NCBI GenBank assembly: GCA_048013815.1 | Contig: CM106585.1 | Coordinates: 558,001 to 622,000 of the forward strand | DNA: 64,000 nucleotides | Direction of reading: 5' to 3' | From: Setoptus koraiensis | Lineage: Eukaryota; Animalia; Arthropoda | Shown: in pieces, positions 14,241 to 26,217 of the stretch | Numbering within the stretch: the stretch's first letter is position 1 | Layout of the letters: the number at the start of each line of letters is the position of its first letter | Notes under the pieces: model-generated | Database searches by the model: none | Told to the model about the DNA's origin: nothing | The model's input: only the letters and a program-made list of their open reading frames with translations | Made by a program: the position numbers and the translations under genes

Positions 14241-17200
14241 ATGCCACTGAAAAGACAGCGATTAACTTTTATAGAGCCAGCATCTATGATCGGGTTACTA
14301 CTAGAAATATTTATAAAATTGAAACAGAAATTCCTTATTATTTCCATAGTATGTGCATTGATTTTAATGGCAACATTAACCAATGGCAACGGACAGCAAA
14401 TTACTAACGACGATTATAGTAATAAACTCCGGTATAGTAGCAATAGTAACAACAGTAGTGCCAATAGGAAAATATTTTACACCAACGATTATCCACACAT
14501 AAATAATCAAGATACATTACGACAATCTGATAACAGCAACAACAATAATGTATCACCGTTAGAGCAGCGCCATTATTATCGTTCTCACTCGTTACATAAT
14601 CACCATAACAATCACCGTAGAAGCCACAATGATAATGCCCGGTTGGTGCGGCGACCACAACAAGAGAAACACCAAAAGCAATATGATCGCTATGGAACTG
14701 ATAAAGTATTTTCAACTTCTACCAAACAACTAATCAACATGATTGATATTTCAGATAGGCCATTAAAAAAGCCATTCGCAGCAAACGATTCTCCCTTATA
14801 TCACTTAACATCAACATTATCGTCATTAGATTACAGTAGCCTCAATATAAGTGATCAACCTATGTTTAGAGAGAATATCAGCAGAGTACAACAGAATCAG
14901 CTGGTAATGAGTAGAGCGGATCCAAATAAATCGCAACGCAATCTCAATGAAAACAGAGCCTCACCATCACAAGCACTTGCTTCGTTTCCCTCCTATTTGA
15001 ATAAGTTTTTGACCATGTCAAACTCAAGCTCAGATCTACTTCATCATCACCGGCATCACCGTCACCAAATAGACAGGTTGTTTCATTTAGATGACGACAA
15101 CGATGACCACTTTACAATACTGAACGACCTGAACGACGTCAAGCAATACAACACAATTCCATTGATTGACACAAACAATCAACACCAAACACAGTCTGAT
15201 CGTGCAAGTGACGATGATGTTACCTATGAAGCCAGAGATATTCCACAACAGATTGACACAACAGACAAACAATTGTCAATTAGCAATAATGAGCCTCTAG
15301 CTATGCGAACAAACGAAAACGATGGTGACTTATTGTGGCGAACAGCATCGGCAATTAGACACAGACGAAGCAAACATAGGCATTGGTTTCCATTAAATGA
15401 CCACGAGCAACAACATTCAGACAATGACAATTTAGACAATTTAGATTTGGAGCGCCGGAAGGCTCTTTACAGTGAAGATAGCGATGAATTATATAGGACA
15501 ACAAAAAGTGATAACGGCGGTCATCGTCAATCGTCTAGAATAAATGATCCAGATTATGTTCTTTACAGGAAAGAAATGATGAAAGCAGACAAGGGTCTCA
15601 GCCAATTAAATCTAGACAATGGCAATAGGCAATTGATGGCAACAAGCAAGTCTTTTGTTGGCGTGAAAAATGATGAAAATTTCATGGGCAATTCAATGAC
15701 AGCAAACAACAACCGTGATAATGACAAACAATTGACAGACGATGATTTTCCCATTGTATGGATCCTCGACCAAAATGGTGCTACTAGAACAGTGCTGAAA
15801 AGCGATCAACGTTGGATTAATATTTTCAACAATAACAATTTAATTGAAGAATCACCTTTTGCTGTGACGGTCGGTCAATCAATTTGTTTTCATTTGAAAG
15901 ATACAAAATCATTGCGCGAATATCTAATTAGATTCCTTGGTCCAACAGCAAATGCAACAAATATGATGCCACAAGATGTGCCTGATATTTTGTCCTATAA
16001 TCAGTTTCTCAGTGAACACAATCTACAAATAACTGAAAAAACAATCACTAGTAATGATACCACCATTGGTCAGTCACAATTGTGCGTCAACCAACCCGAT
16101 GATTCCCAGATAAATGGGCCTTTGATAGCGGCTGTTGTATCAATTGTAGTACCAATTGTGTTTACATTTATATTTGTAACTGGATTATTAGGTAATATTA
16201 TAGTGGCTTGGGTAATAATTGGCGAACGCCAAAGGGGCAGCCTAAGCACAACTAATATACTTGTCTTAGACCTATGCGCCGCCAATATATTATTCATTAT
16301 AACCTGCATACCATTCACTGCTTGGGACTATTGCGTCCATCACTGGATCTTTGGCCAGGTGAGTAGTGATTTAAATCACAAAACAAATTGACTAATTTAT
16401 CAATCAACTATTTTTTTTTATGATAAAACGCTTATCATTTATTTATAAAAACTGATCAATCAATGAATCTTGTCGATTTGTATAAATCTCTTTGTATCAT
16501 CTCATCATAATGCTGACAATCTCTAGGTTTGGTGCCAGATTAATCAGTACCTCATTGTGGTGTGTGCCCTTAGCTCAATTTATACCCTGGTGCTCATGTC
16601 GATAGACAGATTCATGGCAGCCGTCATACCATTTGGCAGTATGCTATACAGAACCGCCTGTAATACAACTATAGCCATATTCCTAAAATGGTTTCTCATA
16701 TTGTTCTTTTCCTATCCTGTTATAGAGAGACACGAAGTAAATGTTAATCCATTAGATAATACATTGGGTTGTCGATTCAATACAGACCGATACGATTCTA
16801 TTACTTATCAATGGATATTCTTCACAACATCATATAGTATACCACTAATAATTATTGTAATATTATATTGTAAGATATTGCTTAAGATTTGGTGCGGCAC
16901 AAAACCACAAGGTCACACATCGTCATCAAAACAATTAGAGTCTAGAAAGAAGGCAACATTGTTGGTGGCTAGCATTATTGGTGTGTTTGCGATCTGTTGG
17001 GGTCCCATACAAGTGATGTTAATTCTAATGAGATACAACATCGGCTATCAGACAACCATTGCCATTATTTCTCAAGTATTTTCGCACACATTAGGTTATT
17101 CAAACTCTTGTATTAATCCCATTGTTTATGCTTTAGCATCGGACAAATTCATTAGTGACTTTCGGCGCTCATTTTGGGGTCAATTAATTGGCTGTATGAG

Positions 17201-17801
17201 CCAAGATGTAAGTCAACAATCGCATGAAACGCAGCAAACCTCAATAGTTCCTAATAATCACGGTAACCTACATACTCACAACAATCACATAGTCGGGCAT
17301 CATTTAGGCAAGACTAAAGCTCATAATAACAACAATAGTAATAATAATAATAATGTTGAAACCAGTCGGCGCAACAGTAGTAACATAAATATTATCAACA
17401 AAACCAACAACAGTAATAGTACAAGTAATAGTAATAAAAATAATACAAATACCAATACAAATAATCGCAAAAGTAAAATTATTGCCAATGATTGTTATGT
17501 TATAGCAAATACAGATGCAACAACAACCACCACAAGTAACAAAAGAAACAACAGTAATATCGACAATCAAAATTATGTTTCCGTTGGTGATATCAAAGCT
17601 AGTAGTGATCTTGACATTAATAACTCAATTAAATCAACGGTCAACAATCAACAAACAGCGGATGGTCCAAGATTGGCAATAAATGCCCACATTGTTGTCA
17701 ATCTTAGCGAAAAAGTTGAGGAAAACAATTTTGAGACGAAGCACATTAGGAATCACGACCAAGGTGATACGACATCATCTGTAGAAAACGAGAGTAGCTA
17801 A
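14241..17801 (+). CDS. AstA-R: Allatostatin-A/galanin-type rhodopsin-family GPCR, ~1130 aa, with a very long N-terminus and N-rich C-tail
   Basis: Exons 14241-16358 and 16527-17801. The phase-0 GT-AG intron 16359-16526 joins WIFGQ|VWCQINQYLIVVCALSSIYTLVLMSIDRF. Motifs seen: GLLGN (TM1), L(C)AAN (TM2), DRF, FAICWGP (TM6), NSCINPIVY (TM7), matching the arthropod AstA receptor pattern. Confidence 0.88.
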
Positions 17802-18149
17802 TTTGAGTACAATTAATTTTAACTATCAGTTATTGTGAACGAAATTGTAATAAAATATCTATACTTCTATGCTACCTCACCACTTAGTTTCGTGTCATCC
17901 AGCATTTATTCGATCTTTCCTTTTGAGGCTCCATTATTTACATCGGTCCGTCATGAGAATGGTATTTTAGATAGATAAAAGAGAAAACCGTACGCAAACG
18001 TAAATTGTAAAGTCTGGCATGGATTAAACATGATTTTTATTCAGTCAATAGGTATTGGATACAGGGTGCTTTAGAGAAGGCTGTCGGTGTCGATATTGAA
18101 ATATTGATGAACTGTGTTAGAGTCACAGATGCCGTTGAGAGAAAAAACT

Positions 18150-18476
18150 TCAAGCCCAACCAGCCGGTCCACAGGCCCATCGATTATCATCAATGAACGG
18201 ACAATTACGTTTCTTTCTGAGGTTCTTGCCATTTATGTTGCTTGCTACACTTTGTAATAGTCTACCCCCAAGTAACTCGACAGCTTGAAATGGCGTCTTG
18301 GTAGATCCAGGTTGAGAGGCTGATAGATCCGTGTTTGAGGCCTCCAGTGGACGGAAACGTCTCGATACTTGCCTAAGCCAAGGTTCGCCGAATTGAGCAT
18401 ATTGTTGGCATGACACTAGTTGAATCAGCATGATAACAACAGCAAATGATGTAATAAGTTTTAGTTTAGAGGACAT
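18150..18476 (-). CDS. Small secreted peptide precursor, 108 aa; predicted mature peptide NCPFIDDNRWACGPAGWA
   Basis: ATG at 18476 (track start is TTG). Signal peptide MSSKLKLITSFAVVIMLIQLVSC, internal RR, furin site RKKR, then an 18-aa C-terminal peptide with two Cys. Confidence 0.75.
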   Translation of the reverse strand: MSSKLKLITSFAVVIMLIQLVSCQQYAQFGEPWLRQVSRRFRPLEASNTDLSASQPGSTKTPFQAVELLGGRLLQSVASNINGKNLRKKRNCPFIDDNRWACGPAGWA

Positions 18477-19264
18477 CGCTAAAATTGATGAGAAGAACAA
18501 GAGCTCGCCGGAAATAAATTCTCAATAGCCTATTGATTTGTGTTGCGTCGATGATAATATTAATAAACAGGTGATCATCGGGGAGATGTGGCCTGAGAAA
18601 TGATAAATGTGCTTTAGTTAGCGCTGACCTTAAATAGTATTCGATCAATTAATTGAATAGCCATACAATTAAAGAGCTATCAAACATGCAACAATAATTG
18701 CCAGCCAACTGTTTGTTTGGCGACAAGACTAGCAATTCTTGTGACCATGGAACCGCGTTCTATTGTCTTGGTGCAATGTGTTATTGATATTTCGATTGTG
18801 ATGCAAACTGACTTGTCAGACAAGTTAATCATACCAGAAATCACGTGATTATCCCAAGTTGCATGCAATCAAGCATCAATACTGATTGTTATCACACTAT
18901 CGATTGTTTTCAACGAGTGCATGTAAATCTCATGCCTTCTGTTTTGTCTCACTATTATGTAGCTCACAATTGTTTGTCAAAATAACAATTTTCACTCTTT
19001 TTGGTAAACAAGTGACGCAAATCTGTAAATTAACAAGACAACCAACAAGCCCGAGTCAGCATTGTGTGGTAGAAATTAGATGCTATACGAATCAACTTTC
19101 GGCAACTATTGCACAATCTATTCCAATTCTACATATCACCCTGACCGCCAATACTACAGAGACATGTGTTGATAGTTCGTCTGATAAGTTGTTGATTACT
19201 ATTGTGGTCTCATGCTAGAATCAAATCATCACTGAAGCCTAAGGACCCTTGCCACCTTGCCTTC

Positions 19265-19390
19265 TTACCTTGTAACGCGTCCCTTTTTTGCTGTGATCCA
19301 ATATAGTGTTGGAATGGCTTCGCTGTTGGAAAAGAAGCCACCAAGACAAGCCACAACCGTTATTATGCTCGTTAGCCAAAGTATAAACAT
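19265..19390 (-). CDS. Possible 41-aa secreted peptide or first exon (MFILWLTSIITVVACLGGFFSNSEAIPTLYWITAKKGRVTR)
   Basis: Below the ORF-track threshold. ATG in gccaacATG context with an in-frame upstream stop, a signal-like hydrophobic stretch ending SEA, a KKGR basic site, and an AG|GTAAGA donor overlapping the stop. Confidence 0.35.
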   Translation of the reverse strand: MFILWLTSIITVVACLGGFFSNSEAIPTLYWITAKKGRVTR

Positions 19391-21023
19391 GTTGGCGGAA
19401 ATACATTTTTACGTCTTCCGCTCAAACAAATGCTCAAATCGTTTCGTTAATGTGTATGCTCAGAGTACTCTGCTCAGAGTTGATCGATCCTTTTCAAGCT
19501 ACGAAAGGCAATTTGAGACAGAATATAAATTTTTATTAGGTCTTACTATTCAATTGGTTGCAATAAGAATTGTCATTCGGACTGCATCGAACATCATTGA
19601 AAGCAATCCCCGAGAATGTTCGGAATATTTAAAAAAAAATGTTTTTGTTTGAAAAATTTCAATTTTTTAAAGTTCTACAGCTTTTGAAATACACATTCTA
19701 TGCATAAAAGTCGGGTGAGCTTGCACGAGCCTCCGAATCAACATGAGTCTATCGAGTTGTCATAGCTAGCTTGAAACTCTTTTCAGACAAACCTCAACGC
19801 TGCAGATTTCGGTCACTGTTTTCGGCCACTATTTTTTGTATTAGGATCGATCTATTTTTCACATTTTTTCAGCTTTTCGATCCGTGACGAACATTTTTCG
19901 TTTTCAAATGCCTATCTTTAGAGAGAGCGTTTTAGTTCTTGCAAGCGAATGCTATACCATCATCATTTGGAGGCTACAGTTTTATCAAACGGCTTACACG
20001 ATTGGATTTTAGTTATTATGATTATTACTATTTATATACCAATTTTGTACTTATCATATTCACAAAGTATTTTGATAGTATTTATACACCATGCTTGATA
20101 CTTCTCCATATCGTAACAGAAAATGACGGTAGGAACAACATTTCTTCAACTATTTTTGTCGTTCCACAATTCCGTTTTCTAGCGATTCTCAATTTGGTGA
20201 GAACTTCTTTGTGATTCGTTCTAAGCAGACGGCGATAAATAACAGATAAGACCAACTCTTGTATTGACTCGTAGAATACTTTCGGTAGTTCCATTATCGC
20301 TTCGCTAGGACGTTTGATCTCTCATTCAGTCATTCCGTGAGCATACGGAGCCAAAGCGAAATGTAATTAGTTTGCATTCCCGGTTTCAATCTTGTCAACT
20401 TAGAGTCTACAATTGACGTCATCATAGATTGGCAAGATCGTATAGTACATTTGTGTCATGCTCGAGTATAAATTAACCTAGTTATCCTGGCCAAGTTGTT
20501 GTTGCTGCTAATGATTTCCACACTTGATGATGCTGCTGCGACCGCATTAAACATCCTGTTTGTATTACAAAACAGATTATACGATTGGAAACTTGTGAGC
20601 ATCGTCTGTGGCAACTGAGTAGCACATATTGATTATTAACATTTTCACGTTTTACCCTCACACCTCTAGAGTCCAGAAAGTATCGAAAACTCGAAACGCT
20701 TGTCTTTTCACTCACGAAATGCGAAGAGTTCGCAGATATTCAAAAGAGGCCCCAATCTCAATCGTTCTAATCGATAGGATCTAATGTGATGCGTATGGCT
20801 ATGAATTTTGCGCATACATTGTATCATCCGATCTAGATTTCGCTCACAATTCAGTTGTCAGTTATCAATATCCGCCTGGCGGTGAGGTCCTAAACTATGA
20901 ACCAATCATATGGCTAGCGAGCTCTTTCATAAACGGCCTCATCTTCGCAAAAATCCTTTTTATCATCGTGGCCATTTTAAGTTAATTAATTGAAAAACTT
21001 TGCAAGTCACTCAAGTCTTTATC

Positions 21024-21927
21024 ATGGCCATGTTCCTCAACTACTTAGTCATCTTTATATTGCTAAGGCAAGAATATTCATTCGCTAGCATGCCAGCCAA
21101 GGCAGGTGAGTATATTCTATTTTTTTGCAGCTAATATTTAGTTAGGAAAATGAAGGTGCATGGATCAAACTATAAGTCAACATTGAAATAACTCTCCTTC
21201 TGTGTTATACTTCCAATCATCAAGGTATACAAAAGCCAAAGTTATTACCAATCGTAATTGCTGACTCATATCAGGAGGGTTCCGATGTCGAAATGTATTG
21301 TACACTGATATCCAAGAATGTTGCCGATATAAGATTTCAATGGTTCAAGGATGACATCAATATTGGTGAACTCAAAGACAAACTGGACAATCTCAGAATC
21401 GAGACTAACGACAATCGGGGACATTCTTTTTTAAGTCTGTCAAATATCACTGACAAAGATGCTGGCGAATACACTTGTATGGCAGAAAATTCATTCGGCA
21501 CTGATAAAGCCATTGCTAATTTAATTGTTTCAGGTATAACAATAGACACAAAAAAGTCAATCAAAGTCATTCCATGATGCATCCCATCAGAGACAATCAC
21601 ACATCATTCTATCATCCTCATTTATTCTTTTTATGCTAATATCAGTTGAACTTAGCTGGCTCATTGAGCCCAAAGACACTCATTTAGGAATCGGGCAAGA
21701 GCTGTCAATAAATTGCTCAGCACGAGGTCAGCCGAGGCCGATTGTAAAATGGAGCAAGCTCGACGATAAGGAGAGTCTACATGATGTAGCATCATCAGAA
21801 ATAAAATATCTCGGAGGAGAGCTCAAAATCAAGTCTACTAAGCAAGAAAACTCAGGGTGGTATGAATGCAAGGCTACAAACAATCTCAATCGAGAAATAA
21901 AAAAAATCATCAAGGTAGATATACAAG
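21024..21927 (+). CDS. Leader + two Ig (I-set) domains, resembling a chelicerate short-Dscam (Ig7-Ig8-like) 5' cassette; 3' end unresolved
   Basis: Exons 21024-21105 (signal peptide MAMFLNYLVIFILLRQEYSFA), 21225-21533 (Ig: C..FQWFKD..DAGEYTC.AEN.FG) and 21646-21927 (Ig: WLIEPKD..C.ARGQP.P.VKW.K..SGWYEC.ATN). All introns are phase-1 GT-AG and in frame. Canonical GTAAGT donor at 21928. Confidence 0.8.
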
Positions 21928-24199
21928 GTAAGTAACTCAGTTGATTCGGTTGAAAGTCTTAATCATTGGCAGTTAGCGCGGTTTCATTCTTAATCAAAAC
22001 AATAATCAGACACTGTAACAAATAGACAATAAAGTATGAACAAAAAAATACACAACTAAAGGGGTTTCTTGAAGAAAGAGAGCCTATTCGACTTGACTTT
22101 CTCACTTGATTTGATAGGTGCTCTCACCCTCCTCGATCAGCTCACCATAGATATAGAGTGACAATATTCAAGAAGCGATCAAGCGATACGTGCTCTTTGC
22201 TGGTCATTTGTTGAAAAGGTATTTCATCTAGGCGACAAATATAAAACTTATTTTTAACACCGCCATTCGTTCGACGTACATTTTTTCGACAGTACTCTTG
22301 CCCGACGTACAAAATTTCGATTTCACTAACTGTCAATATGAATGAATTTCGTTTACAGTCGATGTGTTCATTTCTTAATATCATACCATTTGACTAACTA
22401 TACCCCATTTTACACACAAGGTACTTATCGTCCTCGAACGATGTATATAGAAATTGGCGGGAAGATTTCTAATCAAGAGTTTTCTTGTCCTTCTCCATTG
22501 ATGATGATATGCAACTCAACTCATTACTATTTTTATATCAATTATATCGGGATGATGTTTAGAATGAGTAGTAGTTTATTGGAAATAATCAAACATAAAT
22601 ATATATATTTATATAATCAGATACATCTCCATCCAGCTCAGCCTCATTGAGGATGAATTCGTGGTCTCGAAGCGACCTGTTACATATAACGCAACAAAAG
22701 CAGGTGGTTTGATCCATCGCATTGTATCTCACGTCTTGTTTCGAAAATCGCCAATAATAGTAGGTAAATTAGTTGTGATGTTGCCCCCGTTTTAACACAT
22801 TACTATCGTTCGAGAGTTGGACAACCTAGATCAAATGAAGATCTATTATTATTCTTACAGTGCTGTTGTCAGCTTGATTGCGTCTAACTGTGACTTACTG
22901 TTTCCGCTTAGCACAACGAAGGGCGAATAGTGTTTTAAAATCTTTCTCGCCGTAATTTCATGTCGTATTCATGGCAGAATTTTCTCATTGTTCTCATTCA
23001 ATGGCTGAGAACACTCACAATAGGCAAAACATCATTTTATTTGACACATTGCCAGTATTCAGATGTGAGAAAGTATAGAGGTGGTCAGATGACTGCGGTC
23101 ACCTGAGCACATCATATCTTGGTATTCTTTAAAGCTCATGTTGATTTAAATACTAAATAACAACATGGCCTCTTAGCATGTATCAAGTTGATTGTCGATA
23201 TAATGAGCGAGAGCGGTTGTTTTCGAAATATTTCGATTGAGCTATAATTGAGGACATTCTTCTGATAGACACACATGCTAGCGGGGTTCCAGTCAGTGGA
23301 ATTTGTGGTTCATCAACACGAATTTTGCGCATATATTTGTAAAAGCATGTGAATATACGAAGAGAGATTTATGGTCGCCAGATTTAGTTTAAAAATGGCA
23401 GTTTGTTGCAATTGGCAGGCACGAACACAAAAATTTGTAGGATGCATCTGAGAAATAGAATTGAATTGCTAATAAACTCTCGAGTCAGGCTAGCTCATTA
23501 TGCATTGTGCGACCGCCGATTGTTCACCAATTGTCGCCCTCTCGTACCTCACGACAATTTGCATCGTGAGCTCACTTGGACGGATGTAAACAGTAGAATG
23601 GACTAGTGAATGTAAAGAAAAACAACCATTTTTTGAAATCTGTCAGTCACCTGCGATGACACAAACGATGTCGTAATATAAAAACCACAATGTTTGCACA
23701 TGTAATAATATTGGGTAATAGCGGTTTGCGAGTGAGTTTGCGCGTGAGTTAGATGCATTGCTCATAGCGCGCTTCGCAGTGCAGTTCGGTTGTTGAGGGT
23801 GTTTGGGTACCGTTGAGTAACGGTATCACAATTACATAAGTTCTGGTGACACTGCCTATCTGTGCTGTCTATTTGTATTGTACGCACCATATACACAAAC
23901 TGGTGCTGCCCACACTTTTACACTTTTACACCACGTCCGTAGGCCCAAATAGAAGCGACTATGACCTAGTGGTTGTTTGTTTGTTGGTTGCTCATATAAT
24001 GCTTGCAACAATACGGCTTGAATTTTTTTATTTTTATTTTTTTTGTTCATTCACATCCACATAACCGAATTGAATTCTATCCAATTTAATTGAATGCAAT
24101 ATAATTGGATAACATCACTATTGCCAAACTTCTTTCTCAGATATACATGCATAGATTAGCTAATAACTATCAAGTCCACAAAACATTTTGTCAATCAAC

Positions 24200-25814
24200 A
24201 TGGCCTTCCTACCCGGTTTCAAGAAACAATTTAACAAGGCCAATCAGATTATCAATGAGAGGATCTTGGGAGTTGAGGGCACAAAACTCAACGAGGAGTA
24301 CACAGAAATGGAGAGAAAAACCGACCTAACCATTGAATTGGTGGAAGAGTTGATAATCAAGACCAAAGAATATTTACAACCAAATCCTGCTACTAGGTCA
24401 AAGATGATGCTCAACTCAAAAGTAAACAAGAATACACGCGTAAGGAATTATGCTCAACCAGAAGGTGTTCTAGGTGAGACAATTCTAAGAGTGGCACATC
24501 GTTATGGCGAAGATTCGCCGTTTGTCAGAAGTCTGCTCGAAACTGGTGAGGCATTCAAACAAATGGCTGAGATTAAATATGCATTAGAGGATGATATTAA
24601 ACAAGATTTTCTCGAACCACTTAGTCTCTTACAAAACAAAGATTTAAGAGATGTCATTCATCATAGAAAAAAACTAGAGAGTCGTAGATTAGATTTTGAT
24701 TGTAAGAAACGTAGACGACCCGTTCAAACTGCAGGTGCCATGAGTGGCCCAAATGGTGGTGTAATGGACGAAGAAATGAAAGTGGCAGAAGACAAATTTG
24801 AGGAATCATTTAATTTAGCATCACAAGGAATGCACAATCTTTTACAAAACGATGTTGAACAAATATCACAATTCTGTGCTCTAACGGAAGCTCTCAGAGA
24901 CTTCCACAAGCAATGCGGTAGTATACTCGAAGGTTTAACTGAGAAACTAGTCGATCTGTAAGTATCTGTGATGATGCACAACAAACATTAGTCTCTATGT
25001 TCTTCAACAACTAATGTTGTATTTGATATCTTGAACAATTTTGTTGATTATAGACGCACAGAATCAGAGGGTCGCCAACGAACTCAGTATACACCTAGAA
25101 AACTTAACGAGATTAATATCAACAGCAGAGTCGAGCCTTTCGAAGCCACGCCGGAGGTTAATAATACCAACAATAATACGCAAAATGTAGCTGCAGGTGA
25201 GTGGGGTTTCTTCCAAATAGTTTCATAATGTGATACACGCATTTATATGTAGCTAAGTGTTAGCACCAAACTTGTAAAGTGTATTATATGGTTATCTAAA
25301 GAAGCTGAAGTAATGGATTATCGGATCCAAAGATCATTTTGATTCACCTGTCACTCTTTTCTATTCTTCCATCTCTGATAATAGCGAATGGATCAAATGA
25401 AAAGAAAACTCTCGAGGACCAAGAAGATAAATCACCTTACGGTCGGTATCAAATCAATCAGAATCAATAATAACATGATAGTATGATGTCTACCAAACTA
25501 ACTAAAAATTCACACATCACATATGCTGATGTCATTCTTTTGCGTATAAATACTATACAACAGATCAAGATGACCAAAAATGTGGATATTGCGTTGCATC
25601 GTACGATTTCCAAGCTGAGAATCCGGGCGAGCTGAGCTTCTCCGAGGGTCAGATAATAAAACTGATAGATCAAATAGACGAGAACTGGTTCGAGGGCTCA
25701 ACCGAGACAAGTAACGGAAAACAAACCGGAATATTTCCCACGAATTATGTTCAAGTAACGAAGCCGATTCCAGGACGAATTAATGATAATGAGTCCACTA
25801 ACAACGGAAACTAA
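24200..25814 (+). CDS. EndoA: Endophilin A (N-BAR + SH3)
   Basis: Exons 24200-24957, 25054-25196, optional 25385-25441, and 25564-25814 (stop TAA 25812-25814). N-terminus MAFLPGFKKQFNKANQ..EGTKL..EMERKTD..EYLQPNP and HRKKLESRRLDFD are endophilin A motifs. The last exon is an SH3 domain (ASYDFQAENPGELSF..ENWFEG..GIFPTNYV). Confidence 0.93.
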
Positions 25815-26217
25815 TCAGATATTTTGATTTTTAAATTTTCTAGCCACCCATGTAAAGCCAATATTTATAATTTATATTTCGCCAAGCCACACTAGCGATA
25901 TGATCATATGGCACTGGTATCTTGATCTCTTTTACAGTGAGTGGTATAGTCGCACTGACTTATGCATGTGTAGATCCATGGTATTTCATAGAGGATTGTT
26001 CCAAGTCACATAACTTAAGTAGACACAAGTGTCTCGCTGAAATAGTGGAAAAGTGTCACTTGGACGCTCTTGAGTTTTACTATTATGGGATATTGAAAGA
26101 AACATTTATGATGAAGCGCCCACATTTCAAAAAAACAAATTATGTCATGAAAGCGAATTTGGGCTGGTCATTTGTTGCCAAAATATACTTGATAGCGTCC
26201 TCTATAGCTATAGCTGA

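Noticed and set aside
19600-19930. A/T-tract-rich segment resembling a non-autonomous TE interior
   Set aside because: No TIRs, TSD or second copy in the window.
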